DNA of 64,000 nucleotides from an uncultured Flavobacteriales bacterium (lineage in GTDB: Bacteria; Bacteroidota; Bacteroidia; Flavobacteriales; UBA1820). Shown here piece after piece: positions 1 to 8,899 of the stretch. The stretch covers positions 20,892 through 84,891 of the forward strand of contig CABSLV010000005.1 in the NCBI GenBank assembly GCA_902478645.1, written 5' to 3'. Each line of letters starts with the position of its first letter. Within the stretch, counting starts at the first letter, position 1. Both the position numbers and the translations under genes were made by a program. Below the pieces are notes generated by a model, which saw only the letters and a list, made by a program, of their open reading frames with translations, was not told the DNA's origin and did no database searches.

Positions 1-1
1 A

Positions 2-778
2 GTATTCGGGAGCGTCCGCAAGAAAGAAGACGCCCTTCGGCTCAAGGAAGAATTGGGCGACAGCTACGAACCGCTCTTCTTCGACCTGACGGACGACCAG
101 GCCATCGCCGCCGAAGCCGCCCGCGTAGGGCAACTGGTCGGCGCACAAGGCATCCAGCTGCTGGTCAACAACGGCGGTATCTCGGGCGGAGACGCCATCA
201 TGCACGTATCGATCGAGTACATGAAGTACATCTACGACGTCAATACGCTCGGCATGCTGCGTGTCTCGCAGGCGTTCTTCCCCCTGTTGAAGATCTCCTC
301 GGCCAACCGGACGGTACAGACCAAGATCGTCAACATCTCCTCGGGAGCCGGACGTGCAGTACGCCCGTATCTGGGACCGTATGCCGCCACCAAACATGCG
401 GTGGAAGCCATCTCGGATGCCATGCGGCGCGAACTGATGCGCTACGGGATCGACGTGATCATCATCGAACCGGGCCCCATCGAGACCGAGATCTGGAACA
501 AAAACAAATCCAAAGACGGGGTGTACAAATACCAGGATACGGATTATGCCGTCCTGTTCCAGAAGATCGACAAAGGCGTCGAGCAGATGGAGCACAACGC
601 CCTTCCGGCCGAAAAGGTAGCCCAACTTATCCTGAAGGCCTACACGAAAACCAACCCCGATTCGCGTTACCTGATCGCTCCTTCGCGCTGGATGTTCTGG
701 CTGGCCATCCACGTGCTGCCGGACCGTTTCCTGGACCGGATGTTCAAAAAACAATTCGACAAGATAGAAAACTCATAA
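2..778 (+). CDS. Short-chain dehydrogenase/reductase (SDR), 5' end outside window
   Basis: The frame is open from nt 2, before the ORF-track start at 53. Motifs: NNGGI, NISSGAG, catalytic YAATK (YxxxK), IIEPGPIETE. Confidence 0.85.
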   Translation, partial: VFGSVRKKEDALRLKEELGDSYEPLFFDLTDDQAIAAEAARVGQLVGAQGIQLLVNNGGISGGDAIMHVSIEYMKYIYDVNTLGMLRVSQAFFPLLKISSANRTVQTKIVNISSGAGRAVRPYLGPYAATKHAVEAISDAMRRELMRYGIDVIIIEPGPIETEIWNKNKSKDGVYKYQDTDYAVLFQKIDKGVEQMEHNALPAEKVAQLILKAYTKTNPDSRYLIAPSRWMFWLAIHVLPDRFLDRMFKKQFDKIENS

Positions 779-830
779 CAGAAATCAACCCGGGGCGTGC
801 TGCGCCCTTTTCAACACGACTTATCAAATT

Positions 831-2099
831 ATGGCAATGGTAGATTTATTCGACAAGATCAAAAGCAAACCCGGCCCGCTGGAAATGTGGCACGAACAGG
901 GCGAGGGCTATTACCTGTTCCCCGAGCTGGAAGGCGAGATCGGTTCCCGCATGATGTTCCACGGCAAGGAAGTGCTGTGCTGGAGCCTGAACAACTACCT
1001 CGGACTGGCCAACCATCCCGAGGTGCGCAAAGCCGACGCGGAAGCCGCCGCCAAATACGGCATGGCTTACCCGATGGGCGCACGCGTAATGTCCGGACAG
1101 ACCAAATACCACAAACAACTGGAACAGGAACTGGCCGAGTTCGTACACAAGAAATACGGTTGCGTGATCAACTACGGTTACCAGGGCATCATGTCGGCCA
1201 TCGACTGCCTGCTGGATCGCCACGACGTAGTGGTGTACGACGCCGACTGCCACGCTTCGATCATGGACGCCATCCGCATGACGGATGCCGAACGCCTGAA
1301 ATTCCGCCACAACGACCCCAAGGACTGCGAAAAGAAACTGGAAGTAGCCACCCGGAAGGCCAACGAACTGGGCGGCGGTATCCTGGTGGTTACCGAAGGC
1401 GTGTTCGGTATGCGCGGTATGCAGGGTAAGGTGCGTGAAATCGCCGACCTGAAAAAGAAATTCAACTTCCGCCTGCTGATCGACGACGCACATGGATTCG
1501 GTACGCAGGGCCCCAACGGAGACGGTACGCACGCCGAACAGAACTGCGTGAAGGAAGTGGACGTTTACTGCGCTACGTTTGCCAAATCGATGGCTTCCAC
1601 CGGTGGTTTCGTCGCTACGGATGACAAGCAGCTCATCGTTCACCTGCGTTACAACATGCGTTCGCAGATCTTCGCCAAATCCCTGCCGATGGTCAATGTC
1701 CTGGGCGCCCTCAAACGTCTGGAGATCATCCGCAACCATCCGGAACTGCGCGAAAAACTGTGGGAAAACGTACGCATGCTTCAGAACGGTCTGCGCGAGC
1801 GCGGTTTCGACATCGGCGATCTGACCTCGTGCGTAACGCCGGTTTACATGAAAGGTTCGCTGCAGGAGGCTTCGCAGGTGGTGGCCGACATGCGTGAAAA
1901 CTACCGCATCTTCTGCTCGATCGTGATCCCGCCGGTAATCCCCAAGGGACTCATCCTGCTGCGTCTGATCCCCACCAACTACCACACCAAGGAGGAGATC
2001 CAGTACACGCTCAACGCATTCGCCGACGTGCGCGACAAACTGGCTCGCCACGCTTACGACACCGAAAATATCGCCAAAGTCCAGCTCGATCTGGATTGA
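831..2099 (+). CDS. PLP-dependent alpha-oxoamine synthase family acyltransferase (KBL/BioF/SPT/cysteate-acyltransferase-like)
   Basis: 422 aa. Has NNYLGLANHPEV, DDAHGFG and a putative PLP-lysine in TFAKSMAS. Full-length class-II aminotransferase-like pattern. Confidence 0.9.
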   Translation: MAMVDLFDKIKSKPGPLEMWHEQGEGYYLFPELEGEIGSRMMFHGKEVLCWSLNNYLGLANHPEVRKADAEAAAKYGMAYPMGARVMSGQTKYHKQLEQELAEFVHKKYGCVINYGYQGIMSAIDCLLDRHDVVVYDADCHASIMDAIRMTDAERLKFRHNDPKDCEKKLEVATRKANELGGGILVVTEGVFGMRGMQGKVREIADLKKKFNFRLLIDDAHGFGTQGPNGDGTHAEQNCVKEVDVYCATFAKSMASTGGFVATDDKQLIVHLRYNMRSQIFAKSLPMVNVLGALKRLEIIRNHPELREKLWENVRMLQNGLRERGFDIGDLTSCVTPVYMKGSLQEASQVVADMRENYRIFCSIVIPPVIPKGLILLRLIPTNYHTKEEIQYTLNAFADVRDKLARHAYDTENIAKVQLDLD

Positions 2100-2110
2100 T
2101 CGCGTCTGTT

Positions 2111-2164
2111 GCGTGCAAGCAAAAAAGCCGGGGGCAATGCCCCCGGCTTTTTTTGCTTGCACGC
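2111..2164. terminator. Bidirectional intrinsic terminator hairpin between convergent genes
   Basis: gcgtgcaagcaaaaaagccgggggc / aat / gcccccggctttttttgcttgcacgc. About a 25-bp stem with a 1-nt bulge and A/T tracts on both sides. Confidence 0.75.
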
Positions 2165-2182
2165 CCGCTTGCCCTTTCCGCC

Positions 2183-3436
2183 TTATCTGCCCGCGCGAAC
2201 TTCCCGCCCGCCACGCTCGTCCGGCAGAAGAAACGCTACGAAACCCAGCAAAGGCAAATAGGAACATATCCGGAAAACCTCCTCGATTCCGTGCGTATCG
2301 GCCATCTGCCCCAGCACCGCTGCCGCAATGCCCCCGATACCGAACATCACCCCGAAAAAGAAACCGGAAACCAGCCCCAGTTTCGTCGGCAGAAGTTCCT
2401 GCGCATAGACCAGTATCGCCGAAAAAGCGGAAGACAGCACCAGACCGATCACCACGCTCAACACGCACGTACCCGCCAGCCCCGCATAGGGCATCCACAA
2501 GGCGAACGGCGCCGCCCCGAGGATCGAAGCCCAGATGACGAATTTCCTCCCGAAACGATCGCCCACCGGCCCGCCGAACAGCGTTCCCAACGCCACGGAA
2601 AAGAGAAAAGCGAAAAGGTAAAACTGCGACTGACGCGCCGTTACATCAAACTTGTCCATCAGGTAAAACGTGTAGAAATTGGTCAAGCAAGCCATATACA
2701 CATATTTGGAAAAGACCAGCAGCAACAGCACCGAGAAGACAAAGACGATTTTCCTGCGCGAAAAGCCGCTTCGGGGAAGTTCGAGCCGAAGTTTCTCCCT
2801 CTGCCCCCTTCCCGCGATCACCTGCCCGTACCACCGCACCAGCGGCCGCTTGAGCAGCATTGCCACCAAAGCCGCCCCGGCGAACACCACGATGTAGTGC
2901 TGACCGTAAGGAGCAATGATCAGCGCCGCCAACAACGGTCCGAACGAACTGCCCAGATTGCCCCCCACCTGAAAGATGGATTGCGCCAGGCCATGCCGTC
3001 CTCCGGAAGCGAAATGCGTCATCCGCGAGGCCTCGGGATGCAGCACCGACGAGCCCAACCCTACCAGAGCCACCGCCACCAATACCACCGGGAACGACCC
3101 GGCGTAGGCCAACAGGAACAAACCCGCCGCCGTAGAAAGCGAGCTCAAGGGCAAATACCACACGCTGGGACGCTTGTCGAACACCACCCCGAAAACCGGC
3201 TGGAACACCGAAGCACAGATCTGGTACACCAGCGTGATCATCCCCACCTGGGCAAAAGTAAGCGCCAGGTTGTCCTTCAAAAGAGGATACACCGCCGGAA
3301 TAACCGACTGGAATGCATCGTTGCACAAATGCGCTAGGCACAGCGACCACAGGATTCCCATCGCCGTGGTGTATTCGGCCGCACCTTTTTCCCTATCTGT
3401 TACCGTCATTTTCATCGCAGGGGCAAAGATACGCAT
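2183..3436 (-). CDS. MFS transporter (Fsr/fosmidomycin-resistance-like)
   Basis: 417-aa multi-TM ORF with an LAHLCNDAFQSVIPAVYPLLK...GVVFDKRP N-terminal signature. The start may be an internal Met at 3415 or 3409. Confidence 0.85.
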   Translation of the reverse strand: MRIFAPAMKMTVTDREKGAAEYTTAMGILWSLCLAHLCNDAFQSVIPAVYPLLKDNLALTFAQVGMITLVYQICASVFQPVFGVVFDKRPSVWYLPLSSLSTAAGLFLLAYAGSFPVVLVAVALVGLGSSVLHPEASRMTHFASGGRHGLAQSIFQVGGNLGSSFGPLLAALIIAPYGQHYIVVFAGAALVAMLLKRPLVRWYGQVIAGRGQREKLRLELPRSGFSRRKIVFVFSVLLLLVFSKYVYMACLTNFYTFYLMDKFDVTARQSQFYLFAFLFSVALGTLFGGPVGDRFGRKFVIWASILGAAPFALWMPYAGLAGTCVLSVVIGLVLSSAFSAILVYAQELLPTKLGLVSGFFFGVMFGIGGIAAAVLGQMADTHGIEEVFRICSYLPLLGFVAFLLPDERGGREVRAGR

Positions 3437-3503
3437 CGGGACGGTTCCGGCCTACGGAAAGCCCTCCGCTTTTCCCTCCCGCACCCGGGGAAATGTTCCC
3501 CCC

Positions 3504-3549
3504 AAAAAAAGAGCGTTCGCCCCGGGAAGCCTCCCCACGGCGAACGCTC
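3504..3549 (-). terminator. Intrinsic terminator downstream of the PepSY-TM gene
   Basis: On the minus strand, 11-bp arms gagcgttcgcc/ggcgaacgctc are followed by a T7 tract (A7 at 3504-3510 on +). Confidence 0.7.
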
Positions 3550-3607
3550 CGTCGTTCACAAAATTCTAAAAACCAATAATGACCTGTTTTTTCGTTCCTT
3601 CAACCCG

Positions 3608-4189
3608 TTACAACAGCAAGAAGAGCGTCAGCGGGACGGCTATCCCCACGAGCAACTCCACTCCCCCACGACCCCAAAGCCCCTTGGGCCCCTTGACCAT
3701 GACGATGCCCGTCAATGTGATCACCAGCAACGCCACGGCAAACACATCGGAAAAGATCGTCCAGGCGCGCGACGGGTTGTAATGCAAACGATTGAGCGCC
3801 GGGAGAAGCGGACGTTTTCGCAAGGACTCGTACCGGGCCTGCCCGCTGCGGATATCCGCCTGGAGGGACGACCCTCCCTTGAGGAACACCTTGACGGTAT
3901 GCTCATCGGGGAAATAATGCTGGGTATAGTTCTCCCGCTCGCCCAAAGGCTCGAGCAGCCCCAACACATAGTCCTTGTCCCAGCCATCCTTCTCGACGGG
4001 CAGAGGACTCTCCAGGGTGTATTCGGTCAGGCGGATGCTGTAATCCGAGTTGAAGTCCCGCTTGTGGTTCAGGCAAATCCCGGAGATGGCATAGACCAGC
4101 AGCGCCCCGGCGAAAAGGTAGGACAGATCGCGGTGCAACCAGCGGCTCACCCGGCGCACTCGTCCCATTCGTGTGTTTTTTTCACTCAT
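3608..4189 (-). CDS. PepSY-associated TM-helix domain membrane protein
   Basis: 193 aa. HRDLSYLFAGALLVYAISGICLNHKRDF N-terminal TM and a C-terminal TM with LHYNPSRAWTIFSDVFAVALL. Confidence 0.75.
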   Translation of the reverse strand: MSEKNTRMGRVRRVSRWLHRDLSYLFAGALLVYAISGICLNHKRDFNSDYSIRLTEYTLESPLPVEKDGWDKDYVLGLLEPLGERENYTQHYFPDEHTVKVFLKGGSSLQADIRSGQARYESLRKRPLLPALNRLHYNPSRAWTIFSDVFAVALLVITLTGIVMVKGPKGLWGRGGVELLVGIAVPLTLFLLL

Positions 4190-4317
4190 TTTTTAAGGGT
4201 AGTATCCCCCCCTCTCTTTCCGCTTCCGAAGACCTTTTTTCCCTGCGCCCAAAACCGGGTGGAGTGTTCGCACGGAAAAAAGATCCCTTTCGCAAAGAAG
4301 AAGGGGAAAAACGGCGG

Positions 4318-4914
4318 TTATTTGATCCGGTAGGCGGAGGCTTCGGCGTGATAGAACGAGAGGTAGTCCTTGCCCTGCTCTTGCTTGCGCTGGGCGATCT
4401 TCTGGCGGTAGTTTTCGATGCGCGCCCGGGCGGTAGCGGTAGCGGATTCGCCCCGTGCCTGTTGTTCGACACTGCATCCCTGGGTTGCATGCTCCTGGGC
4501 GGAAGATTGGGCAGCGGCCTCGAGCTGCTGTTCCCATTGGCGCAGGTATGCCTCGTCGATGCGGTCCTCGACGATCACGCCTTCGACCGCCACGATGCTA
4601 TTGACCGTTTCCTTGGGGAAGGACCCGAGCTGCTTGGAGGCTTCCACGCGCAACATCTGCGTGTCGTCCGAGCCCATCAGAAAGATTTTCTGTCCGCCGT
4701 GTTCGCAGATGTGGGTGCAGACTCCTTCCAGGATGACAGCCTGTCCCACCAGCGAATCCGCCCGGGAAAGGACCTCGTCGATGGTGAGCGTATCGCCGGA
4801 AGTGGTCATCGAAACGGGTTCCGAGGCCGACTGTGAAGAGTTTTTGCAGGAGGCTGCTGCAAGCAGCATAAACGCCGCGAAAGACCACACGGCGATCTGT
4901 TTGAGAGTTTTCAT
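4318..4914 (-). CDS. Hypothetical lipoprotein
   Basis: Internal Met gives MKTLKQIAVWSFAAFMLLAAASC (lipobox). No family recognised. C-terminal Gln/Ala/Arg-rich helix. Confidence 0.6.
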   Translation of the reverse strand: MKTLKQIAVWSFAAFMLLAAASCKNSSQSASEPVSMTTSGDTLTIDEVLSRADSLVGQAVILEGVCTHICEHGGQKIFLMGSDDTQMLRVEASKQLGSFPKETVNSIVAVEGVIVEDRIDEAYLRQWEQQLEAAAQSSAQEHATQGCSVEQQARGESATATARARIENYRQKIAQRKQEQGKDYLSFYHAEASAYRIK

Positions 4915-5091
4915 GGGAGTGTTCCAGTTTTTTTCGATTACGTGGGCAAAAGTAGCCCTCCCTCTCCCGGAGAGCAATCCCCAATACCGGCTAAAAGCCG
5001 ATCGGCCCGTACCAACTTGTTGGTACGGGCCGATCGATGGGTCGAGAGGAGAAACTCCTCCGTTCCCGTTGTTTTCTTTTTCCCGAAGAGA

Positions 5092-6438
5092 TCAGTTGAA
5101 CAGGACCATGGCAGGGAAGAGATATTCCTGATACTCCAAACGCGATTTCTCAGCGCCGGTCTTTCCGTCGAATACCACCAGTCTGTTCTGGTTGTCTCCC
5201 CAGCTAACACCCACGAAAGTGGCTACCAAGTCGCCGCTCACGGGATCTACCCGGAAACCACCGCCGTAGAGGTAATCGTTCGCACCCCCCGCGGCAAACG
5301 GCTGGGCGAGCGACGAAGCGTCGCCGATCTGATAACGGTAGATATTCTGTACGGCATAGTTGTCCCCTGCACTGGCAAAGTACAAGACATTTTCCGTGGC
5401 GGAAGCATCGAACATGGCCGGCTTCCACGCCCACTGGTCGGTATAGACTTCAAGACCTTCGGGAAGGTCGGTCTTGGTTACGGCCAGGGTCTTGGGATTG
5501 ATGCAGTAGAGCGAAGGGCCGTCCGAAGCCCAGATGTTGCCGTCCTTGGACTGTACGAAACCGATGTGCGCCGGGCAGAGCACCTCGCTGCGGACCAGCG
5601 AACGATCGGCTTTGGAGTACACGTATACGCCGTCCTTGACATTGATGACAAAGATGTAGTCACCCGCCGTGATCGCACCGCCGCACTGGGCCGACATGCC
5701 GGTAGAGCCTACGCCCCGCGAGCCTTCCAGGTAAGATACCGACTTGAACGTGTTGAGATCGACCACGTAAGCCCCGTTGGAGGTCGTGTACACCCCGTAG
5801 TTTTCGTCGATACCGGCAAAGGAACGTCCATCGGCATCCGAACCGGCTACTGCAGCGGAATACTCACCGCCATCGACAAAATCGGTGGCCGAGGCCTTGA
5901 CCAGAGTGCGGCCCTGCTTGGAGACGAAGTAATAGTTTCCGTTCCATTTCGTACCGAATTCGGTCGTATTGCCCAGTTCTTTTCCCGGGTTGGCCGTCTG
6001 ATACACGTGCGGAGTACGGGTGGATGCGTCGGCAAAATAATCGACCGAACCCATCGTCCGACCGAACGAGCCTTCGTTGATGACGAAAAATCCGCCCTTG
6101 TACAGCACTACACTTACGGTAAATTCACGCGAATCGGTACCGGAAACATTCGTGGCGGTAAATTTCAGGATGTACTCCCCGGTCTGCTTGGGAGCAAAGG
6201 TGTACGCCAACTCGGTGGATACTTCCTCCCCGTCGAGCGTCCACTGGTATTCGGTCTGCTCGGTAGGGGTTACCGATGCGGTGAAGGTGATGCTTTCCCC
6301 GACAGCCATCGAAAGGTTGTCTTCGGCATTTTCGATTCCGGCAATAGCCGGAACATCCGGATCGTCCTCCTTCGAGCAGGACGTAAATCCTACTGCCAGG
6401 GCGGCAGCAAGGATCATGGTGTAAAAAAATCTTTTCAT
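5092..6438 (-). CDS. Surface lipoprotein with PKD/Ig-like domain plus DUF5074/YncE-like beta-propeller
   Basis: MKRFFYTMILAAALAVGFTSC lipobox. Ig-like segment (ITFTASV...YQWTLDGEEV...KFTATN), then GGFFVINEGSFG typical of DUF5074-type propellers. Confidence 0.72.
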   Translation of the reverse strand: MKRFFYTMILAAALAVGFTSCSKEDDPDVPAIAGIENAEDNLSMAVGESITFTASVTPTEQTEYQWTLDGEEVSTELAYTFAPKQTGEYILKFTATNVSGTDSREFTVSVVLYKGGFFVINEGSFGRTMGSVDYFADASTRTPHVYQTANPGKELGNTTEFGTKWNGNYYFVSKQGRTLVKASATDFVDGGEYSAAVAGSDADGRSFAGIDENYGVYTTSNGAYVVDLNTFKSVSYLEGSRGVGSTGMSAQCGGAITAGDYIFVINVKDGVYVYSKADRSLVRSEVLCPAHIGFVQSKDGNIWASDGPSLYCINPKTLAVTKTDLPEGLEVYTDQWAWKPAMFDASATENVLYFASAGDNYAVQNIYRYQIGDASSLAQPFAAGGANDYLYGGGFRVDPVSGDLVATFVGVSWGDNQNRLVVFDGKTGAEKSRLEYQEYLFPAMVLFN

Positions 6439-6538
6439 TCGTTTGTAGATTTTACTATGGATTTTGAGATGCCGCAAATTTACTCATTTTTTGACTTCCT
6501 CCCAGCCGACAAGCCAAGAATAAACGAGACTCCAGCCA

Positions 6539-6801
6539 TCTTTTCATAAGACAGGATGCGCTCCGGCAAAACCATCGGGGAAAAACCTCACCCTCTCCCT
6601 CGCCTTTGCACTCGGCTTTCACTGTCTTTTCATAAGACAGGATGCGCCTCGGCAAAACCATCGGGGAAAAACCTCTCTCTCTCCCTCGCCTTTGCACTCG
6701 GCTTTCACTATCTTTTCATAAGACAGGATGCGCCTCGGCAATCCCTTAAGGAAAAACTTCATTTTCCCCCGAGGCTTTGCACTCAGCATTCGCTATCTTT
6801 G
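6539..6801 (+). repeat. Tandem array of an 86-bp unit (3 copies starting at 6539, 6625 and 6711; third copy diverged)
   Basis: Unit: tcttttcataagacaggatgcgcctcggcaaaaccatcggggaaaaacctc..ctccctcgcctttgcactcggctttcacta. The period of 86 was derived from ORF-track codon positions. Confidence 0.9.
6794..6801 (+). promoter_or_regulatory. Bacteroidota -7 promoter box TATCTTTG upstream of rnpA
   Basis: Perfect TAnnTTTG 24 nt upstream of the ATG at 6825. It forms the end of the repeat array. Confidence 0.6.
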
Positions 6802-6824
6802 CCCTAACAAAAAACACTGACCCG

Positions 6825-7211
6825 ATGCGCGCCACTTTGGGCAAAAACCAACGGCTGAAAAGTTCCAAACAGATCCGCGAAATCTTCTCCAGACGAAAGA
6901 GCGTGGCCGCGCCACCACTGCGCATTCTCTGGAACGAGATACCGGGCGAAGGGAATCCCTTAGCCGCTTTTTTCGTACCCAAGAAATACTACCGGCACGC
7001 GGTAGAGCGCAACCGGATCAAACGCCTGATGCGTGAAGTTTACCGCACCACACGCTACCAATACATCGGCGGATACTCCCATCGGTTCGCATTCATCTTT
7101 CTGTGGACCGGGCATGATGTACCCGAACTGACCACCGTAAAAAGCCGGATGGACAAAGCCTTTGCCCGTTGGCGGGAGGAAATAGACCGAAGAAACGAAG
7201 TATGCAAATAG
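6825..7211 (+). CDS. rnpA: Ribonuclease P protein component
   Basis: KNQRLKSSKQIREIFS...HAVERNRIKRLMREVYR signature. Internal Met of ORF 6777-7211. Confidence 0.85.
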   Translation: MRATLGKNQRLKSSKQIREIFSRRKSVAAPPLRILWNEIPGEGNPLAAFFVPKKYYRHAVERNRIKRLMREVYRTTRYQYIGGYSHRFAFIFLWTGHDVPELTTVKSRMDKAFARWREEIDRRNEVCK

Positions 7212-7675
7212 ACATCTACACCGACGGCTCCTCGCGGGGCAACCCCGGTCCCGGCGGCTACGGCATCGTGATGCGGGTGCACGACACGAACTACGAAAAG
7301 TCCTTCCAACAGGGATTCCGCCTGACGACCAACAACCGGATGGAACTCCTGGCGGTGATCGTCGCGCTGGAAAAACTGCAAACCTCCGGTCATCAGGTAC
7401 ACATCTATTCGGACTCCCGCTACGTGGTGGACGCCGTGAGCAAAGGTTGGCTCGACGGGTGGGTCAAAAAAAACTTCGCCGGAAAAAAGAACCCCGACCT
7501 GTGGATGCGTTACCTGCGCGCCGCCCGAGGACAACATATCGTCTTCCATTGGATAAAGGGACACAACGAACACCCGGAAAACGAACGCTGCGACGCCATG
7601 GCCGTCGCAGCCGCCACAGCCGATGCCGCGAAACTGGCCCGCGACACCGTATTTGAAAACGAATACAAGCTATAA
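7202..7675 (+). CDS. rnhA: Ribonuclease HI
   Basis: IYTDGSSRGNPGPGGYG, TNNRMEL, DSRYVV, HWIKGHNEHPENERCD. Overlaps the rnpA stop by 10 nt. Confidence 0.92.
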   Translation: MQIDIYTDGSSRGNPGPGGYGIVMRVHDTNYEKSFQQGFRLTTNNRMELLAVIVALEKLQTSGHQVHIYSDSRYVVDAVSKGWLDGWVKKNFAGKKNPDLWMRYLRAARGQHIVFHWIKGHNEHPENERCDAMAVAAATADAAKLARDTVFENEYKL

Positions 7676-7704
7676 CCCCCACCCCCTAAACCGAAAAACC
7701 GACC

Positions 7705-8868
7705 ATGAAAACAAACTCCCGCCGCATCCTCCCGACCGTGGGCGTAGTGCTTCTCGCCCTGATCGTCGTCTATCTCGCCGGCCCGCGGCCCGCGGCCCCC
7801 GTACTTTCCACAGAATTTCCCATCGTACCCGAGTCGCTGGAAGCCATTCAGGACAGCCTTTCCCGCGCCGAAAAAGCTGCGGGCAACGTCAAAAAGGACA
7901 ACGAAGGCCGGATCTTCTGGCAGGGCGACTCGCTGAAACGCACCGAATACGTCCTGTTGTACCTGCACGGATACAGTGCCTCCCGGTTGGAAGGGGAGCC
8001 GGTTACCACCGACTTTGCCGCCCGTTACGGGGTCAACCTATACGCGCCCCGTCTGTGTGCCCACGGTCTGGACACGCCCGAACCGCTGCTGGACATGACG
8101 GCGGACTGCCTGTGGGAAGGCGCCAAGAACGCCTTGGCTGTGGCGGAAAAACTGGGAGAGAAAGTGATCGTGATGAGCACCTCCACCGGCGGCACCCTCG
8201 CCTTGACCCTGGCTGCGACCTACCCGGAAAAAATCCATGCCCTGATCAACATCTCGCCGAACATCCTCCCGGCCAACCGCGGCATCGGACTGATCAACGG
8301 TCCTTGGGGCTTGCAAATAGCCCGGGCGGTGATGGGGGGAAAATACATGCCCGTCGATCCCGACTCGTACCATCCGGAAGCCTGGAGCGAAGGCGCTCGC
8401 CTGGAATCGGCCGTAGAGTTGCAATCGCTGGTCGAAGCCACGATGACCCGCCGGACCTTCCAACGGGTTACCGCCCCGAGCCTCACCCTGGCCTACTACA
8501 AGAACCGGCAGCATCAGGATGGCACGGTTCGCGTGAGCCGTATCCGGGAAATGGTTTCCGAACTCGGCACCCCTCCCCAGGGAAACGTGTACGTGGAACT
8601 TCCCGAGGTAGGAGTACACCCGATGGCCAGCGGTATCGTATCCAAGGACATCCCGGCCGTGGAAGAGGCCATTTTCTCGTTCAGCGAACAGGTCCTCGGA
8701 CTGCGCCCCCTGCCTGCTCCCCGGAGGTCGAAACCCAGTCCTGCAAAGGATAGGAACGAGCCCCCTTGCTGCGCAAACGCATTTTCTCAGCCAAAAAATT
8801 TCCGCTTGCACGGGCACAAGCAGGCATACCCCCCGATGGATTTCTTACGGAAAACTCTTCCTCGTTAA
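7705..8868 (+). CDS. Alpha/beta hydrolase (esterase/lipase-like), membrane-anchored
   Basis: N-terminal TM, LYLHGYSAS, nucleophile-elbow-like MSTSTGG. Confidence 0.72.
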   Translation: MKTNSRRILPTVGVVLLALIVVYLAGPRPAAPVLSTEFPIVPESLEAIQDSLSRAEKAAGNVKKDNEGRIFWQGDSLKRTEYVLLYLHGYSASRLEGEPVTTDFAARYGVNLYAPRLCAHGLDTPEPLLDMTADCLWEGAKNALAVAEKLGEKVIVMSTSTGGTLALTLAATYPEKIHALINISPNILPANRGIGLINGPWGLQIARAVMGGKYMPVDPDSYHPEAWSEGARLESAVELQSLVEATMTRRTFQRVTAPSLTLAYYKNRQHQDGTVRVSRIREMVSELGTPPQGNVYVELPEVGVHPMASGIVSKDIPAVEEAIFSFSEQVLGLRPLPAPRRSKPSPAKDRNEPPCCANAFSQPKNFRLHGHKQAYPPMDFLRKTLPR

Positions 8869-8899
8869 AAAAGACGACAGAAAAGCCACTCCGGAAACC

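Noticed and set aside
846-2498. 550-aa minus-strand ORF antisense to the alpha-oxoamine synthase gene
   Set aside because: Its composition is low-complexity and rich in Gly, Ala, Arg, Val and His. It lies fully antisense to a confidently recognised gene and runs through the terminator hairpin. This is a typical stop-poor antisense frame of G+C-rich DNA.
6539-6801. Possible CRISPR array
   Set aside because: The units are directly contiguous at an 86-bp period with no unique spacers. There are no cas genes in the window, and copies are dispersed as single units elsewhere.
6556-6807. 83-aa ORF, with similar ORFs at 6455-6697, 10189-10407 and 50119-50313, containing recurring peptides such as LGFHYL and RILSY
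   Set aside because: The recurring peptides are simply translations of the 86-bp DNA repeat in different frames and strands. There are no start context, signal or homology features.
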